Assembly: GCF_006345805.1 (NCBI RefSeq)
Contig: NC_043005.1
Coordinates: 50,530,001 to 50,594,000, forward strand
From: Octopus sinensis
Taxonomy: Eukaryota
DNA length: 64,000 nt
Direction: 5' to 3'
Within the stretch, counting starts at the first letter, position 1. Each line of letters opens with the position of its first letter. Below the pieces are notes generated by a model, which worked only from the letters and a program-made list of their open reading frames with translations, was not told the DNA's origin and did not search any database. This document shows positions 50,540 through 64,000 of this stretch, one piece after another. The translations under genes and the position numbers were made by a program.

Positions 50540-50760
50540 GTAATTGTAATCATACTCCTTTCCACTGGAGGCACAGGGGCTCAAATTTGGTGGGGAGGGG
50601 ACTAGTTGATTACATCGACTCCAGTGTTTCACTAGTACTTGACTTATCGACACCGAAAGGATGAAAGGAAAAGTTATCTTCGCCGGAATTTTAACTCGGA
50701 ACTTAAAGACGAACGAAATACCACGAAGAATTTCGACCGACGTACTAACGATTCTGCCAT
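50540..50760 (-). mobile_element. SINE group A
   Basis: Reverse complement match. Confidence 0.85.
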
Positions 50761-50848
50761 TTTCGTATAGTATAGGTCAGAGTGGGTCACCATGTAACAA
50801 TACAAAACATCTTTCAGTTTTATTGCAGTACGCACATACGCACACACG

Positions 50849-50899
<51 letters not shown>

Positions 50900-51330
50900 G
50901 CGCGCGCGCGCGCGCACACACACTCACACATATTGAAAATCTCTACAGGAAAAATTTAAATAAATTCTATAAAAGATTTCCAGCCAAAATAATGATCGTT
51001 GCCTTCAGCCTTGAGCCAAGTAGAAAAGAAAAACGAATTGTATGAAAGATGCGTCGAGATGAAATGCTTCAGGCTAAACTGTCTAATTATTATAATTAAA
51101 TAGAGATGGATAATGATTTGATGGAGCGTGGGTATTGATAGCAGACGCTATGTACAACAAAGAAGGAAAGAGATAGATAGATAGATCGATACATACATGC
51201 ATGCATACATACATACATACATACATACATACATACATACATACATACATACATACATACATACATACATACATTCATACATACGTACGTACGTACATAC
51301 ATACATACAGACAGACATACATACATACAT

Positions 51331-51740
51331 GGGATAAAGAAGAGAAATTGTGTACAATTGTGGAAATCAGCTGCCCAGCTGATGTTAACATAAAGCTAAA
51401 GACCAGTGAAAAAGAGAATACCTACGCTGAACTATTGAGAAATCTATGGCTACTCTATCCAAATTACAAGTTCAGGTTTATACCTGTAATTATTGGGGCA
51501 CTAAGATATGTAATGCAGTGCATAAATACCAGTCTTGAGAAATTAGGCTTCTCAAAACCAGAAAGGAGAAAGTTGATTCGAAGATTACAAACACAATCCA
51601 TCACTGGAACTGTAAAAATCTGTAAAACTTTCCAGAAGTTTATCATATGAGTACATATGCGCGTGTCTAGATTTGCAAATATATGCAAGAGAATACATAC
51701 ATAAAACAAAATATACAAATCTACACATATGCATGCATGC
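51331..51740 (+). mobile_element. R4/Dong LINE 3' end (REL endonuclease plus 3' UTR)
   Basis: WDKEEKLCTIVEISCPADVNI..K..EKENTY..L...FIPVIIGAL, a PD-(D/E)xK-type REL C-terminus; bracketed by (TACA)n. Confidence 0.9.
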
Positions 51741-51774
51741 GTACATACATACATACATACATACATACATACAT

Positions 51775-54700
51775 AACTCGAAGCGATAAGTCACGTATTT
51801 GGCGTGGGAGACAATCTAAAATACAATGAATACTGTTTCCAACTTTGGAGCCACAACTATCAGCCTTGTTGAATAACTGGTTAATTTTCAGATGAATTAA
51901 CTGAGGGAGCCTTTTATTCACAAACGTAGTGATTTTCGACTGAAACTTGAATTTAGCATGCAGAGTTACTACAAACAACATGGCTGGACACAATATCAAC
52001 AACACAATCGAGGAACAGAACGGAACCAACAGCTCAACAGGTAAACAAATTCCTTCTAGCTGTAATTATAGAAGAGACTGTAACTACAAGACTCATTTGT
52101 CTTGTTATGAATTAAATAATGATCTGTTTAACCACTACAAAAAAATCGAACCAAAACCCCGCCGTTGGCTACATAAATCGATTGAAATCATTTTGGTCGA
52201 TCTGCATCCAGAATTAAATCATTTAACTGCGGGGTAACTACGTAAATGAGCAACATGTGTAGAACATAGGAAGAAGGTTAATTACTCTAACTTTATTTAA
52301 AAAATCGAAAATTAACCTTCTTCTCAACTCTATAAACAAAAACGAAAACGTCAATGATACAAGACCACCACGTGGTTTCGCAGCTAGCGACATTCCAACA
52401 AATTCCATAGTGTCTGCCAGCCATACTACATTACTGGCTCAAGTAACTGACTACTGTTCCCCTACTACGACTATGGTAAATAGCAGACACAACCGCAACG
52501 ATTCTTGTAGTAGTAGTGGTAGTCAGGATTACATGCCGGTGAAGTGTGCCCTTACTGAAATTTTCCGAGATAAAAATAACTTTGTCTTTGACGTACTCTC
52601 TCGAGGAGAGAGTATTCTCTACCAAAGTAAGTAAAAATAACCACCAGATATAGTATTAAAAGCTGTTAGCGAAATCGGTGATCAGTAGTTACAACAGCGT
52701 GATGAACCCCCATACTGGCAAATCAACGTTTCTCTATATGCTCTGGCTACTACTGTAAAACAGTACATGATGATATTCAAAAAGTAAACAAAACCGAAAC
52801 AACAAAGAAAGTACCATCATGGGTTTTGAAGACAAAGAAAAAAGATAACTGGTTTACGGAAAACCATCAGTCATGTAATGATGTTTATTGCATGCAAACA
52901 AGCAAATTACTAAACGCCCCACCAACAGAAAGTAAAGAAGGGGTTGGAAATGATATTTGGAGACAGTGAAAAGAGACACTCACTTGCAAACTGATTACCC
53001 TCAAGCAAGAGCTAAAAGCTGTCAGTGAAAAATTCCGACATCAGAAGAGAATAATCGAGAGAAGAACAATATGCAAAAACTTTAACCGCAACCAGGCAGC
53101 AGTATACAGAGACATGAGAGGAAGAGCATTAAACATCGCGGAAGCTCCTTCATGAGAATACATAAACTCCTTCTGGAGGAAAATCTGGTGTGAAGAGAAG
53201 GAATTTAACTAAGATGCTCTGTGGCTGGAAGAAATCCGAAAAAGTTATTGCTCCTGCGTTTCATCCAAGACATACAACATTGATGGCGAAGCTCTTGCAA
53301 CTATAATCCAGAAACTCCAGGATGGAAAAGCACCCGGAAGAGACTTGAATGTTGGATATTGGTACAAGAAGCTAACATTCTACCGACCATATCTTATCAA
53401 TCTGTACCAGCAAGCTTTCAGTGGGAATAATAGCATACCACACTGGCTTGTTCTGGCAGAGACAAAATTGATCCCCAAATGCAGAACAACCCACATTGTA
53501 AAAAAAATTTTTAAATACCGGCCAATTGCATGCCAGAACTTAATGGATAAGATATATACAGCATGTTTAAACCTCTTCCTCCAGGACCATTGTGAAACCA
53601 ATAACATTATCACAGCAGAACAAGCAGCTGGGAATAAGGGAGTTTGGGGATGTGCCGAGCAATTGTTAATCAACAAAACTGTGATGTGAGTGGTGAAAAA
53701 GCATAGGAGGAACCTAGTTTCAATGTCGCTAGATTACAAGAAAACCTTTGGCTCTGTTCCCCACGCATGGATGCTAGAAGCCCTTCAACTTGCTAAAGTT
53801 CCAGTGAGAATAGTCAAAGCCATAGCTGACCTGACTTCATCGTGAGTCACCATCTTGAAATTAAACACAAAGAATGATTGTATTATCACCGATAGAATAC
53901 AGAATCGTAAAGGCATATTCCAAGGAGACAGTCTCTCTGTGATGTTGTTTATACTTTCTGTAAACCCTTTGTCATTCATGTTGAGGAAGTGTGATGGCTA
54001 TCTCACTGGTTCACAAGGAAACAGAAATACCAAAATTACACATTGTTTCTTTGTGGATGGCTTAAAACTTTAGGCAAAGAATATGGTCGAGATGAAAAAG
54101 AGCCTTGACCTAGTTACATCATTCTCAAAGGATGTAGGATTGGAGTTTGGTCAGGATAAATGTTGTTATATGGTTGTGAAAAGGAGGAAAATTATAAACC
54201 AGACAAGTAACATCTCCATCAATGATTTGACTGTTTCTTTTGTATCTGGCAAGAAATGTTATAGGTGTCTTAGGGTGGATGAAAATATATCTTACAATAA
54301 CACTTGTAACAAAATACGTGTCACTACAGAATATTACAGCCGAATACAGAAAATTTGGACCTCAGAACTCGCTGCATTCAATAAAACAGTGGCTCACAAT
54401 GTGTTTGCAGTGCCAGTACTCATATCAACATTTGGGCTGCCTGATTGGACCCTTCACGAGATCCGAGCTATTGATGTGAAAACCCGAAGAATACTAACAG
54501 GCATACATAATTTCCACATAAACAGTGAATGTAGACCTCTTCTACCTAAAACGGAAACAAAGCAACAGAGGCTTAACATCGATCCAAAATGCCGCATCGC
54601 ATTGAATGTCGCATCGCATCCCTTCGGAAATATCTTTTAACCACCAAGTGTCGAAGTGCATCATATGACCAAGTGTGCATACATGAGGCTGATAACATCA

Positions 54701-55235
54701 CAAAACTTGGAAAGCAGCTTCTTGAGCAATACTCTTTGTCTGATAACCGAGAATACAAGCCCAAAGAAGTCGCACGACTTTACTGCAACGCACCATCAGA
54801 TGAAAGGATGAGCGTATACGAGCAGAAGACTATGCCCATGCATAGTCTTCTGCTCGTATACGCTCGTATATGTTAGTAGAAAGCTCCGTGATGATAGCAA
54901 CATGGATCATCAAAGCAGTTTATCATGGACCAATAGCCAGATTACTAATTCCCACTTTGAAGGATATGCGTTTGCAATCCAGGAAATATGAACCCAAGTG
55001 CCTGATGCACAAAAGGAATAGAGATGCAGGAAAACCGGTAAAATGTAACAACCAATGCAGACTTTGTGGAGTTCACACTGAAGATATCACCCACATCATA
55101 AGCAGTTGTCCGAAAATGTCATCACAATATTATCTACCGTTGAGTCGTGATGGTGAATCTAGGACACTATGAAATCCATCGGAAGGATAACTCCGAGGAC
55201 AAAGGTATAATAACTCACAATATGGTAGAAGCCAG
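51775..55235 (+). mobile_element. Degenerate, near full-length R4/Dong LINE (N-terminus, RT, CCHC; REL lost)
   Basis: GKAPG.D, YRPIACQN, EQAAG..G..GC.EQLLIN, LDYKK.F.SVPH, GIFQGDSLS, FFVDGLKL, CRLCG...EDITHIISSCP; many stops and frameshifts. Confidence 0.92.
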
Positions 55236-55364
55236 TTAAGGCCGGGCCAGCAATTTCGAGTGTATAAATGTAACCATAATTAATTGCCCAGTAATTAACA
55301 TCATCATTGATAGCTTGTTTTTTTAAAGTGTGGTACTTATTCTGCCGGCCCCTATTGCTCTATT

Positions 55365-55700
55365 GCTTCTAAGTTACGGGTATGTTATCAAACCGACACC
55401 GGTTATCAAGCAATAGTGGGAAACACAAACACACACACACACACACACGCACACACAGAAGATTCTTTCAGTTTCCGTTTGCCAAATCCACACCAAAGGC
55501 TTTGGTCGGCCCGGAACTATGGTAGAAAACACTTGCCCAAACTGACACGCAGTATGAGTGAACTCGGAACCATGTGGCTGAAGTGAACCCGGAACCATGT
55601 GGCTGGAGTGAACCTGGAACCATGTGGCTGGAGTGAACCCGGAACCATTTGGCTGGGAAGCAAACTCTTTGCCACACAGCCATGCCTGTGCCTGATGCGA
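55365..55700 (-). mobile_element. SINE group B with head segment amplified four times
   Basis: The 25-bp unit TGAACCCGGAACCATGTGGCTGGAG occurs x4 at 55559-55658. Confidence 0.88.
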
Positions 55701-56464
55701 AACACATTGCAGCTCTAACCTTAGTCTACATATTTCTCTTTAGCCATTATTTTTGTATTTACTTCCTCTGTTCGGCACCATTGTATTCGTAACCCTTACA
55801 TAATGTCACATTTCAAAAGTAATACTTTTGAAACACATGAGTAAGGGATAGCTACGAAATATCTGTTAAACAAAACTCTAATACAAAACTCATAAATTCT
55901 GTAAAAGAAATCTCATGTGCTTTATAATTCGATAAATCAAACACTTCCTTCGTCCAGTCAATCACGTATTTGTGTTGTTATTTGCTTTTGTTTTTTATTG
56001 TTGTCTTTTTTTTTTTACTGCAGTTCAGTGTTTTCTTTCTTCCAATAACTCATATCTGTATTCATTCGAATGGAATAATGAAAAAAAAAAATAATAAATA
56101 AATAAAAGTAATTAGATCAACGAACAAACAACAAAATATTGATGTGTTGATATGAATACATTAATGCAAATATGAGGAAGAATATAAAAATAAGGATGCA
56201 TGGGAATATAAGAATGAATGAGCGATACTATGTATGCTCTAAACAATATTATCTTAGAAATCACACAAACCATAAGACTATCCCTATAAAAAGCAATTGA
56301 CCGACCAATGGAACTATCCCTAGAAAATATGATTGTTATCGAGCCGTTCAATAATATATGGAGTAAAAAGAATTGCAAAATGAAATAAGTAGTTCTGCTC
56401 AAAAAGGGTAAGGGAGATAAATAAGTTCAGAAAAAATTGAATTACTATTAAATATAAGTTGTAG

Positions 56465-56675
56465 GGCAGCGAGCTGGTAGAAATGTTAGCACGCCGGGCG
56501 AAATCCTTAGCGGTATTTCGTCTGTCATTACGTTCTGAGTTCAAATTCCGCCGAGGTGGACTTTGCATTTCATCCTATCGGGGTCGATAAATTAAGTACC
56601 AGTTGCGTACTGGGGTCGATCTAATCGACTGGCACCCTCCCCAAAGATTTTGAGACTTGTGCCTAGAGTAAAAAA
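56465..56675 (+). mobile_element. SINE group A, near consensus
   Basis: Group A consensus match. Confidence 0.93.
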
Positions 56676-56839
56676 GAAAGATTAAATATAAGCTGTACTC
56701 ACTTTTACTACTAATGATTATTGCGGCAGATGTTACATAGAATTCCAACCATTCGTTGCTCTTTTCAGTTATTGTATTATTCAGTATTCATTCAGGAAGA
56801 ACCTATATATATTCTCACTTCAAGTAACGATTAGGATAT

Positions 56840-56882
56840 GCACAGCTGATGAAATCTAATAAAACTGAAACATGTCCAGTGT
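56840..56882 (+). ncRNA. Degenerate type I hammerhead ribozyme
   Basis: GCACAG-CTGATGA-AATC TAATAA AACT-GAAAC-AT-GTC-CAGTGT. Core intact, one stem I mismatch, stem II broken by two mismatches. Confidence 0.55.
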
Positions 56883-57108
56883 TTTCAATGGTCCCATTCA
56901 ATCCACTCTGTATTCTGCGTCAAACTAATTTTAATATAAATAACTTTTTTGTCTCCCTTGCATTTCGTAACCCGAATTCGCCATGTGCATTAATATAATT
57001 TATTTTAATGAACACATCAACACGTCTTGGCTCACAACAAAGAATGTTAGCATTCGCATATTCTGGTAATAATAATTATTATATATAATAATAATAATAA
57101 ACATAATA

Positions 57109-57172
<64 letters not shown>

Positions 57173-57594
57173 TTATAAATATATGCATATATACATACAT
57201 ATATGTACATACCTACATATATATGTATATATACATGCAGATATGGGTACAGGACATCAAAAAAAACGTTGAACACAATGAGGAACGAAAACATAGAAAC
57301 AAAAACATAGAAACGAACTTTTTTTCGGACAACGAAAAGACAAACTGAAAAACGAGACATACAACATAAAGAATATACTCCTTCTTCAGTTGTCCTTGTT
57401 TCAACTACTCCACGTTCCGAAGACAAGTACAAGACGCGACTTCGTTGAAACAGTCCTTCCCGCAAAGCAAATTAAATAATGCATATAGGAGTACATATAA
57501 AAATGGAGTACGAGAGAAAAAGGGAAAACAGGACAAGTAAACACAGAGAATGGACCCTTCATCAGTTGTCGGCTGTCTATCTACTCCTCATTTC

Positions 57595-57672
<78 letters not shown>

Positions 57673-59009
57673 GTACACTACACTTTGATCTTGAGCTGGC
57701 TGTCGGAAAAGCTAGTACCCAGCACCTTAGAGATTAATAATGTATTTTATTTTGGTTGAGTCTTCTGCTACCCTGAGCTCCACCTCTGTGTGCACGAGTC
57801 TTCAGACAACGTATGTCTCTGGTAAGTCATAACTTTTCTGAAACTCGGAGTAGAGGGGACTCATTCGACCAAAATAAAATGCATTACAATATATACGCAC
57901 ATACTCCCACCACATATTTATATGTACGTATGTATGTATGTATGTATGTATGTATGTATGTATGTATGTATGTATGTATGTATGAACGTATTATGTGTAT
58001 GCGAGTGTGAGTATCCGTCCCTCACAGGTTTGGTTAACTGCACGTTGAGCGTTCTACTGCAAGGTAGAGACGTCAACGATGTATTATCAATTATGCATGC
58101 TTGCAAATCTCCCAGCCGTGTGGCACTGCTGCTGTCCCAGGGGCAGGTAACGCCAATACGTCACCGCATGTGTAAACGTCAGACCGTCGTGAAGAGGACA
58201 TATACAGCTAGATTTCTCGCGACAGTATTTATTCACCGATACTGCAAAAAGAATGGCTATTTTGACCTTGGTGCAATTTGAACGCAGGATGCTGAGAATT
58301 ATAAGAAATATCACAGACTCTGGGAACAAATAATAGATTAGATTAGATTACATGTAAGTGCATAATAATTTGTGCAGATGCATGTTTGATTAACAGTTTA
58401 AACTGTTTGTGATGTAGCGTAGCAGATGCTTACGTGTGACACAAGGGAAATAACTATTGCGTTGCGAGCATATTGTCTAATTCAATCTGATGCAGTTCTC
58501 ATATTTATCAAGTCGTTCTCTTTTCCTTAACGTAGGAGATTGTGTCGATATATATTGTATTGACTCTATGTCGTTTTACATAACCGGAAGTTGATAATTA
58601 AGGTGGGCTTTAGTGGAACTTGAACGAAGGAACATTTTACAGGATCACTCTGCCTGTCGAACGAATAAGCAAAATTTCTTACGATTCCAGAGCTATCATC
58701 CCACAAGAGGGCAAAATGAATTATATAAACTTTGATACATAATGTAAGAAAGTAGATGAGATGCCATGGAACGATTTACCTTCAACATAAGTCTAATCTT
58801 ATCGGCTTACAATAGAACGAAAGAGATAATGTTCTCGGTACTACATGATGTATAAAAGAAGATGAAGTCGCCTTGACTGGACTGTCTTTGATCATAGGTC
58901 AACTCTTCACGGTAGATGTGCTGTAAAGACATCGTCTGTCGGTGAACTTAAAATACGTGACATCGTCTTTCAGAAAACCACTGTCCAAGGTGGATATATA
59001 CTGATCCGA

Positions 59010-59282
59010 TCAATAGAGCAGCCAGCTCGCGAAATTAACGTGAAAGTGGCTGAGCACTCCACAGACACGCGTTCCTTATCATAATTCTTAGGGAGATTCA
59101 GCGTGACAGAGAACGTGGCAAGGCTGATCCTTTAAAATACAGGTATCAGTCATTTTCGCCAACGGAGTGAACTGGGGTTACATGAAATAAAGTAGTGTCT
59201 TGCATGAGGACAGAACGCGCCGCTAGAAATCGAACTTACGACCTTACAACCGTGAGCCGAACACCCTAACCACCAAGCCACT
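59010..59282 (-). mobile_element. tRNA-derived SINE group C
   Basis: Reverse complement gives GTGGCTTGGTGGTTAGGGTGTTCGGCTCACGG...GTTCGATTTC. Confidence 0.85.
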
Positions 59283-59398
59283 CATTTTCATAACGTATCA
59301 GTAATATGCTGAAGCAAATTCATATGATTTCTACCCTCTCTTCTACAAAAGTAGGCTACGTAACTTCAATTTATGTATGTTCCATGTTTACGCTGTTA

Positions 59399-60000
59399 AG
59401 GCAGCAAGCTGGCAGAATCATTAACTCGCCGGACAAAATGCTCGACTGTATTTCGTCCGGCTTTACATTCTGAATTCAAATTGCATCAACTTTGATTTTT
59501 CCTTTCATCCTTTTCGGAGTCGATAAAATAAGTACCGGTTATGCACTGGAGTCAATCTAATCAACTTAGCCACTTCGCCAAAATCGATGGCCTTCTGTGA
59601 AAATTTGAAAACGATACAGGAACAAAGACTGAAATTTGGAGACAAAAGTTAGTTATTATATTTAACCCAACACTTGAATGGGTCTTCATTTTCTCGGCCC
59701 CAGGGGGGTGAAAGACAAATTTAGCCTAGGAGGGATTTGAACTCAGAGCATAAATAGGTGGAATAAATATCTTCTAATGATTCTGCCAATATTTCTTTTA
59801 ATAATCCTTTCTGATATAGGCACAATTTGTGGGGTAGGGGCTAGTCGAACACATCGCCTCTAGTATTCAACTGGTACTTAAAAGAATGAAAGGCAAAGTC
59901 AATCCCGGTGGAATTTGAACTCAGAACCTAAAGACGGACAAAATGCCGCTTAAGCATTTCGCCTGGCGTGCTAACGATTCTGCAGATCACCACCTTCCTT
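59399..60000. mobile_element. SINE group A cluster (plus 59399-59610; minus about 59640-59790 and 59810-60000)
   Basis: Group A core on both strands. Confidence 0.8.
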
Positions 60001-61069
60001 GTTTTGATCATGCAAAAAAAAAAAAAAAAAAAAAAAAATGAACCCTCTCAAGTTTTTACCAGCTGGTTTCTAAATCCCATATCCTCTCCTACATAGAGAC
60101 ATTGTTGTTTTTGATCGACTGACCGTATTAGAATTGATTTCCTTGGTTGTTGTGTTTACATTTTAGTGTACACACATGAAGAGATTTGGGCTAATAAGTG
60201 TTAAGATGATCTCAGGTTACTAAAGCTTTTCAGTGCAGAACATTGCATTGCATATTTGAATACCGTATGTGTGTGCTTTAAGGCGGTTTCAATAATCGAG
60301 ATCAGCTATGCCTTTAATTCTTTTAGTGAATGACCTCTGGGGTGATTCCCTTATCGAAACGTTTTGTTTTCTACGAGGAGACGACAGGGGCAGCAGTATT
60401 CCAGGTGTGGCAGTACAAGGGAGGAGAAAAGAGGAATGATGACACCTTGTTCTCTGGACTGGAAGGTTCTTACGATCTAGAAGCTCATTCTACGAGGTAT
60501 ATCAACATTATAGTTGATGTGGGCACTCCAGCGGAGATTCTTATCAACAATTACTCCTAGATCTCTGATATTATTAGATATTGTGAGTGGTTCCCCTGAA
60601 AGAAGTGAGTATGACTGTTTTAGCAGAAGCTTTCTTCCAAAATGCACCAGCTCAAATTTTCCCTCGTTTAGTTACACTTTGTTTTTGTCTGTCCATTGAC
60701 TCACAGCATATAAACCAATCTAGAGTTCAAGTCGGTCTTATTCTTCATTGATAATTTTCTGGAGCTTACAGCCATCAGCAAATATTTTCACTTTGCTGTG
60801 TTTTATGACGCTGGAAAGGTCATTTATATAGATTATAAAGACGTCACCAACAGTAAACAACATGAAATACAAAAACAAATGAGTTCAATACGCAAACAAC
60901 GAGAGAAACAAACGGAAAACATGACAAGTAACATAAAGAACGACCCTTCAAAAGTTGTGGGCTATCTACTTACTCCTCATTTCGATAATATAGATTGGTT
61001 TCGACCATTATCGGCCCAGGCTATGACTAACTCAATAGCACCACCTGGAAAAGTCTTTGAGTTAATTAT

Positions 61070-61235
61070 TTCGGGACATCATGGACCACTCAAGCAGAGA
61101 GTTGTTGTTGGTTGAGACGTAGCCAGGTGTAGGTGGTTTATACGGTATTTCTTGGAGGAATTTGTCCAGGTACCGTTTGAAAGTTGTGGGGTCTTTTTCT
61201 ACTTTAATTATTTCGGGATAACATTGAAAATGATA
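61070..61235 (-). mobile_element. CR1-like LINE 3' fragment
   Basis: FQCYPEIIK.EKDPTTFKRYLDKFLQEIPYKP.TPGY.S.N.NSL, the same C-terminal motif as 24190-24420. Confidence 0.75.
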
Positions 61236-61260
61236 TGTACACACACACACACACACACAT

Positions 61261-61333
<73 letters not shown>

Positions 61334-62069
61334 TACATACATACAAACATACATACATACATACATACATACAGACAAACATACACACACACACACACAC
61401 ACATACATACATACATACATACATACATACATACATACATACATACATACATACATGATATAACGAGGATCTCTTAATTCCATATATCAAATACTGGATG
61501 GTAAAAACATATTCGAAACTAGTAAGATACTGATATAAGAAGTGTAATGTACTCAATTAGTCACTTAACAGCAGTGCCATTCATAAGTTACATTCTTTTA
61601 TATATACCATCAATGTTTTTATTAATATTTGATTGAGAAATTGAAATTACAAGAAATATTTTAAAATAATTATATATGGGAGCTAACTCTTGACTAGTCA
61701 TTCCTATGGTCTCCCTTGGATGCTATTGCATTTCTTTATATGCTTGGGGTTATCGATTTTCTGATAGATTTTTCAGCCGCTGAATTCATAAGTTTGACGT
61801 TGTAAAATGTAAACAATGACAACAGAATCAGACTCTAATAGTTCATTAATGAATCATTTAATGTTTAAATGGATGAAAAATTATTTCTATAGGTCTTTAT
61901 CCATACCACTTTCCTAATAGAACACGGAAGGATTGAAAGGCATCTGTCTCTACAGATCTGTGTTTCCGTGTGTATGAGTGTGTATGTGTCCGTGTGCATG
62001 AGGGAAGAAGAGACAGCGTGAGAGACAGAGAGAGACTAAGAGAAACGAAACGAGACGAAACATCCATCC

Positions 62070-62170
<101 letters not shown>

Positions 62171-62901
62171 CCTATCTATCTATCTATCTATCTATCTATC
62201 CACCGTTGCCTCTGCCTCTATCACAACTACAGCTCATACTATTACTATCAACCAATATCATCACAACCGCCAATCTCATACCGCACTCACAGTCTCTATG
62301 CCTACTATTACTCTCACCGCAAGATGAGGAATAGTAGAAATGTCATTTAATAGTGAGAGAGGGGTGTCAACGTGACACACTGACACACAGAAAATCGTTT
62401 TGGCATTTATTATTATAGATGATGATATGATCACCAAACTCTTTGATCAAGAGTGATCTTGAGCTAAACAACGACAAACGATCACACGTAATACTTGATC
62501 GTAATGTTTGATCGTTCAGCCAGGTCGAGATTATTCATAGTTTCGTTTATTTGGGGTCACCCATCTGCATCAACATATATACAAGAAGTGTAAAGGTAGT
62601 GAACCTCATTATGAGGTAAGATTTTCTCCCATTTAAACGTGAATGTTCTATTAGAACAAATTACAGTGCGGCAGTTACCATGAGAGAGAATCTCATATTG
62701 ACTTTTGTTGCAAGCCCCAAGACCTCCTGATCACGTGATTTCAACCTTCTTTCGTCTCGTCAGTGGTAGACGCTCGACCGTTAGAGATTGCAGCGAATCA
62801 TCTCCCCCGCCAGCGATATATAGAAAAACAATGCCAGAGTAGGTGCTGGTATCGCGATTAGGCAGTGTGCTTGTTAAAAAATATATATCAGTGACGGACA
62901 T

Positions 62902-62942
<41 letters not shown>

Positions 62943-62945
62943 TAT

Positions 62946-62977
<32 letters not shown>

Positions 62978-63482
62978 CCGAGAAGTAATATTTATCCCCA
63001 GATAAACGTAGAACAAACTATAGTGTGAGAAAAACTTTTGTCTATATCGTTATCGAGAAGAAGAGTGTATTTTGCACCAAAAGCCAATATGTGAGTTTCT
63101 CTCATGGTATCTAGCGCAGTATAGTTTGTTCTAACACAACATCCGCATTTAAGGTGGGATAAATATTAACGCTCGTTAATATTACTACCACTGTTGCTAA
63201 TATATATATTATTATAAAGGCTTACTTATGATTTCTATCAAAAAGTTATACAGAGTCTTCATTGTGAAAATCCATTATTATTTCAAAACTGCTTTATTAT
63301 CGTCTCACGATGTTATTATTTTCAGGTTATTTTTTAAGGTTACACTATCTGAATTTACTTGAGTTATACTTAAACAATTCGCAGTCAATATGTTTACCAG
63401 TAAAATATTATGCTCATCACACAAATATTTGCTAACTTGAGACAACTGGGCCATATGCATATTATCATACGCACATACATAT

Positions 63483-63533
<51 letters not shown>

Positions 63534-63814
63534 ATATATATACATACGTGTGCATGTACCATGTCATATATACATATGAAGCATATGTGTATGTAGTGTG
63601 TGTGCGTGTGTCTGTGTGAGTGTGGATGGATGGATGCATATGATAAACGAGTACCCGCCACCGAAGAGATCCAATAAGATTGAAAGTTTGTGATATGGTA
63701 GTCTCGAAGCTAGAGTGGCGGGAGTTATCTCTCTTTGTAATAAATATCAAATGCGCAAAGCGTGCTGAATAAACCACCTGGAAGATATGTCTTCCTGGAG
63801 CTAAGTATTGGCGC

Positions 63815-64000
63815 AAGCGTGGCTTGCTTCTCAACCACATGTTTTCGGGTTCAGTCTCATTGCGTGACAACTTGGGCAAGTGTCTTCTACAATAGCCTCG
63901 GGCCGACCAAAGCCTTGTGAGTGGATTTGGTAGACAGAAACTGAAAGATGCCCGTCGTATGTGTGTATCTGTGTGTTTGACCTACGACCACAGCTTGATA
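63815..64000 (+). mobile_element. SINE group B head, running off the window end
   Basis: GGGTTCAGTCTC...GGGCAAGTGTCTTCTAC...GACCAAAGCCTTGTGAGTGGATTTGG. Confidence 0.9.

Noticed and set aside
55559-55658. CRISPR-like array
   Set aside because: Units are contiguous with no spacers, derive from a SINE head, and the context is eukaryotic with no cas genes.
57350-57460. CTGAAGA (minus) and CCGAAGA...GAAACAGTC (plus) as hammerheads; related repeats at 57540 and 60930
   Set aside because: No register gives stem I pairing with a valid NUH site.
57780-57860. GAAAC-TCGGA-GTA-GAGGGG, the same stem III as the 41.6 kb HHR
   Set aside because: No recognisable CUGANGA upstream; at most a decayed remnant.
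60330-60699. ORFs 60330-60560 and 60514-60699 as a gene or LINE end
   Set aside because: Only a faint FSRSFLPK similarity to LINE C-termini; not enough to call.
61062-61218. 15-bp direct repeat TTAATTATTTCGGGA as a target-site duplication
   Set aside because: One copy also reads as in-frame LINE coding sequence (YPEIIK), so TSD status is ambiguous.
61490-61530. GAAAC-TA-GTA with upstream CTGGATGG
   Set aside because: No valid core and no stem I or II pairing.

Overview
Eukaryotic, AT-rich, repeat-saturated DNA, most likely from an octopus. The species inference rests on the tRNA-derived SINE families and the (TA)n/(TACA)n/(TCTA)n microsatellite load. There is one 100-N assembly gap. I could not identify any host protein-coding gene; nearly all ORFs in the supplied track are microsatellite translations. 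Recognisable content is transposon-derived: about 40 SINE copies in three groups, two Penelope-like elements (PLE) with GIY-YIG endonuclease remnants, R4/Dong, L1/Tx1, RTE and CR1-like LINE fragments, mariner and Tigger/pogo-like DNA transposons, a mini-MITE and Helitron-like elements. The main result is a set of 11 type I hammerhead ribozyme (HHR) motifs from about 7 sequence families, read directly from the sequence. One is fully canonical (45349-45430), one family has an unusually long ~60-nt stem II, and every family has a self-complementary stem III. Most lie in PLE pseudo-LTRs or short elements abutting (TA)n tracts. The window also has five short-spaced inverted repeats (four local duplications plus a mini-MITE) and a possible old atp6-cox3 NUMT. 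All folds and alignments were done by eye; SINE and LINE boundaries are approximate.
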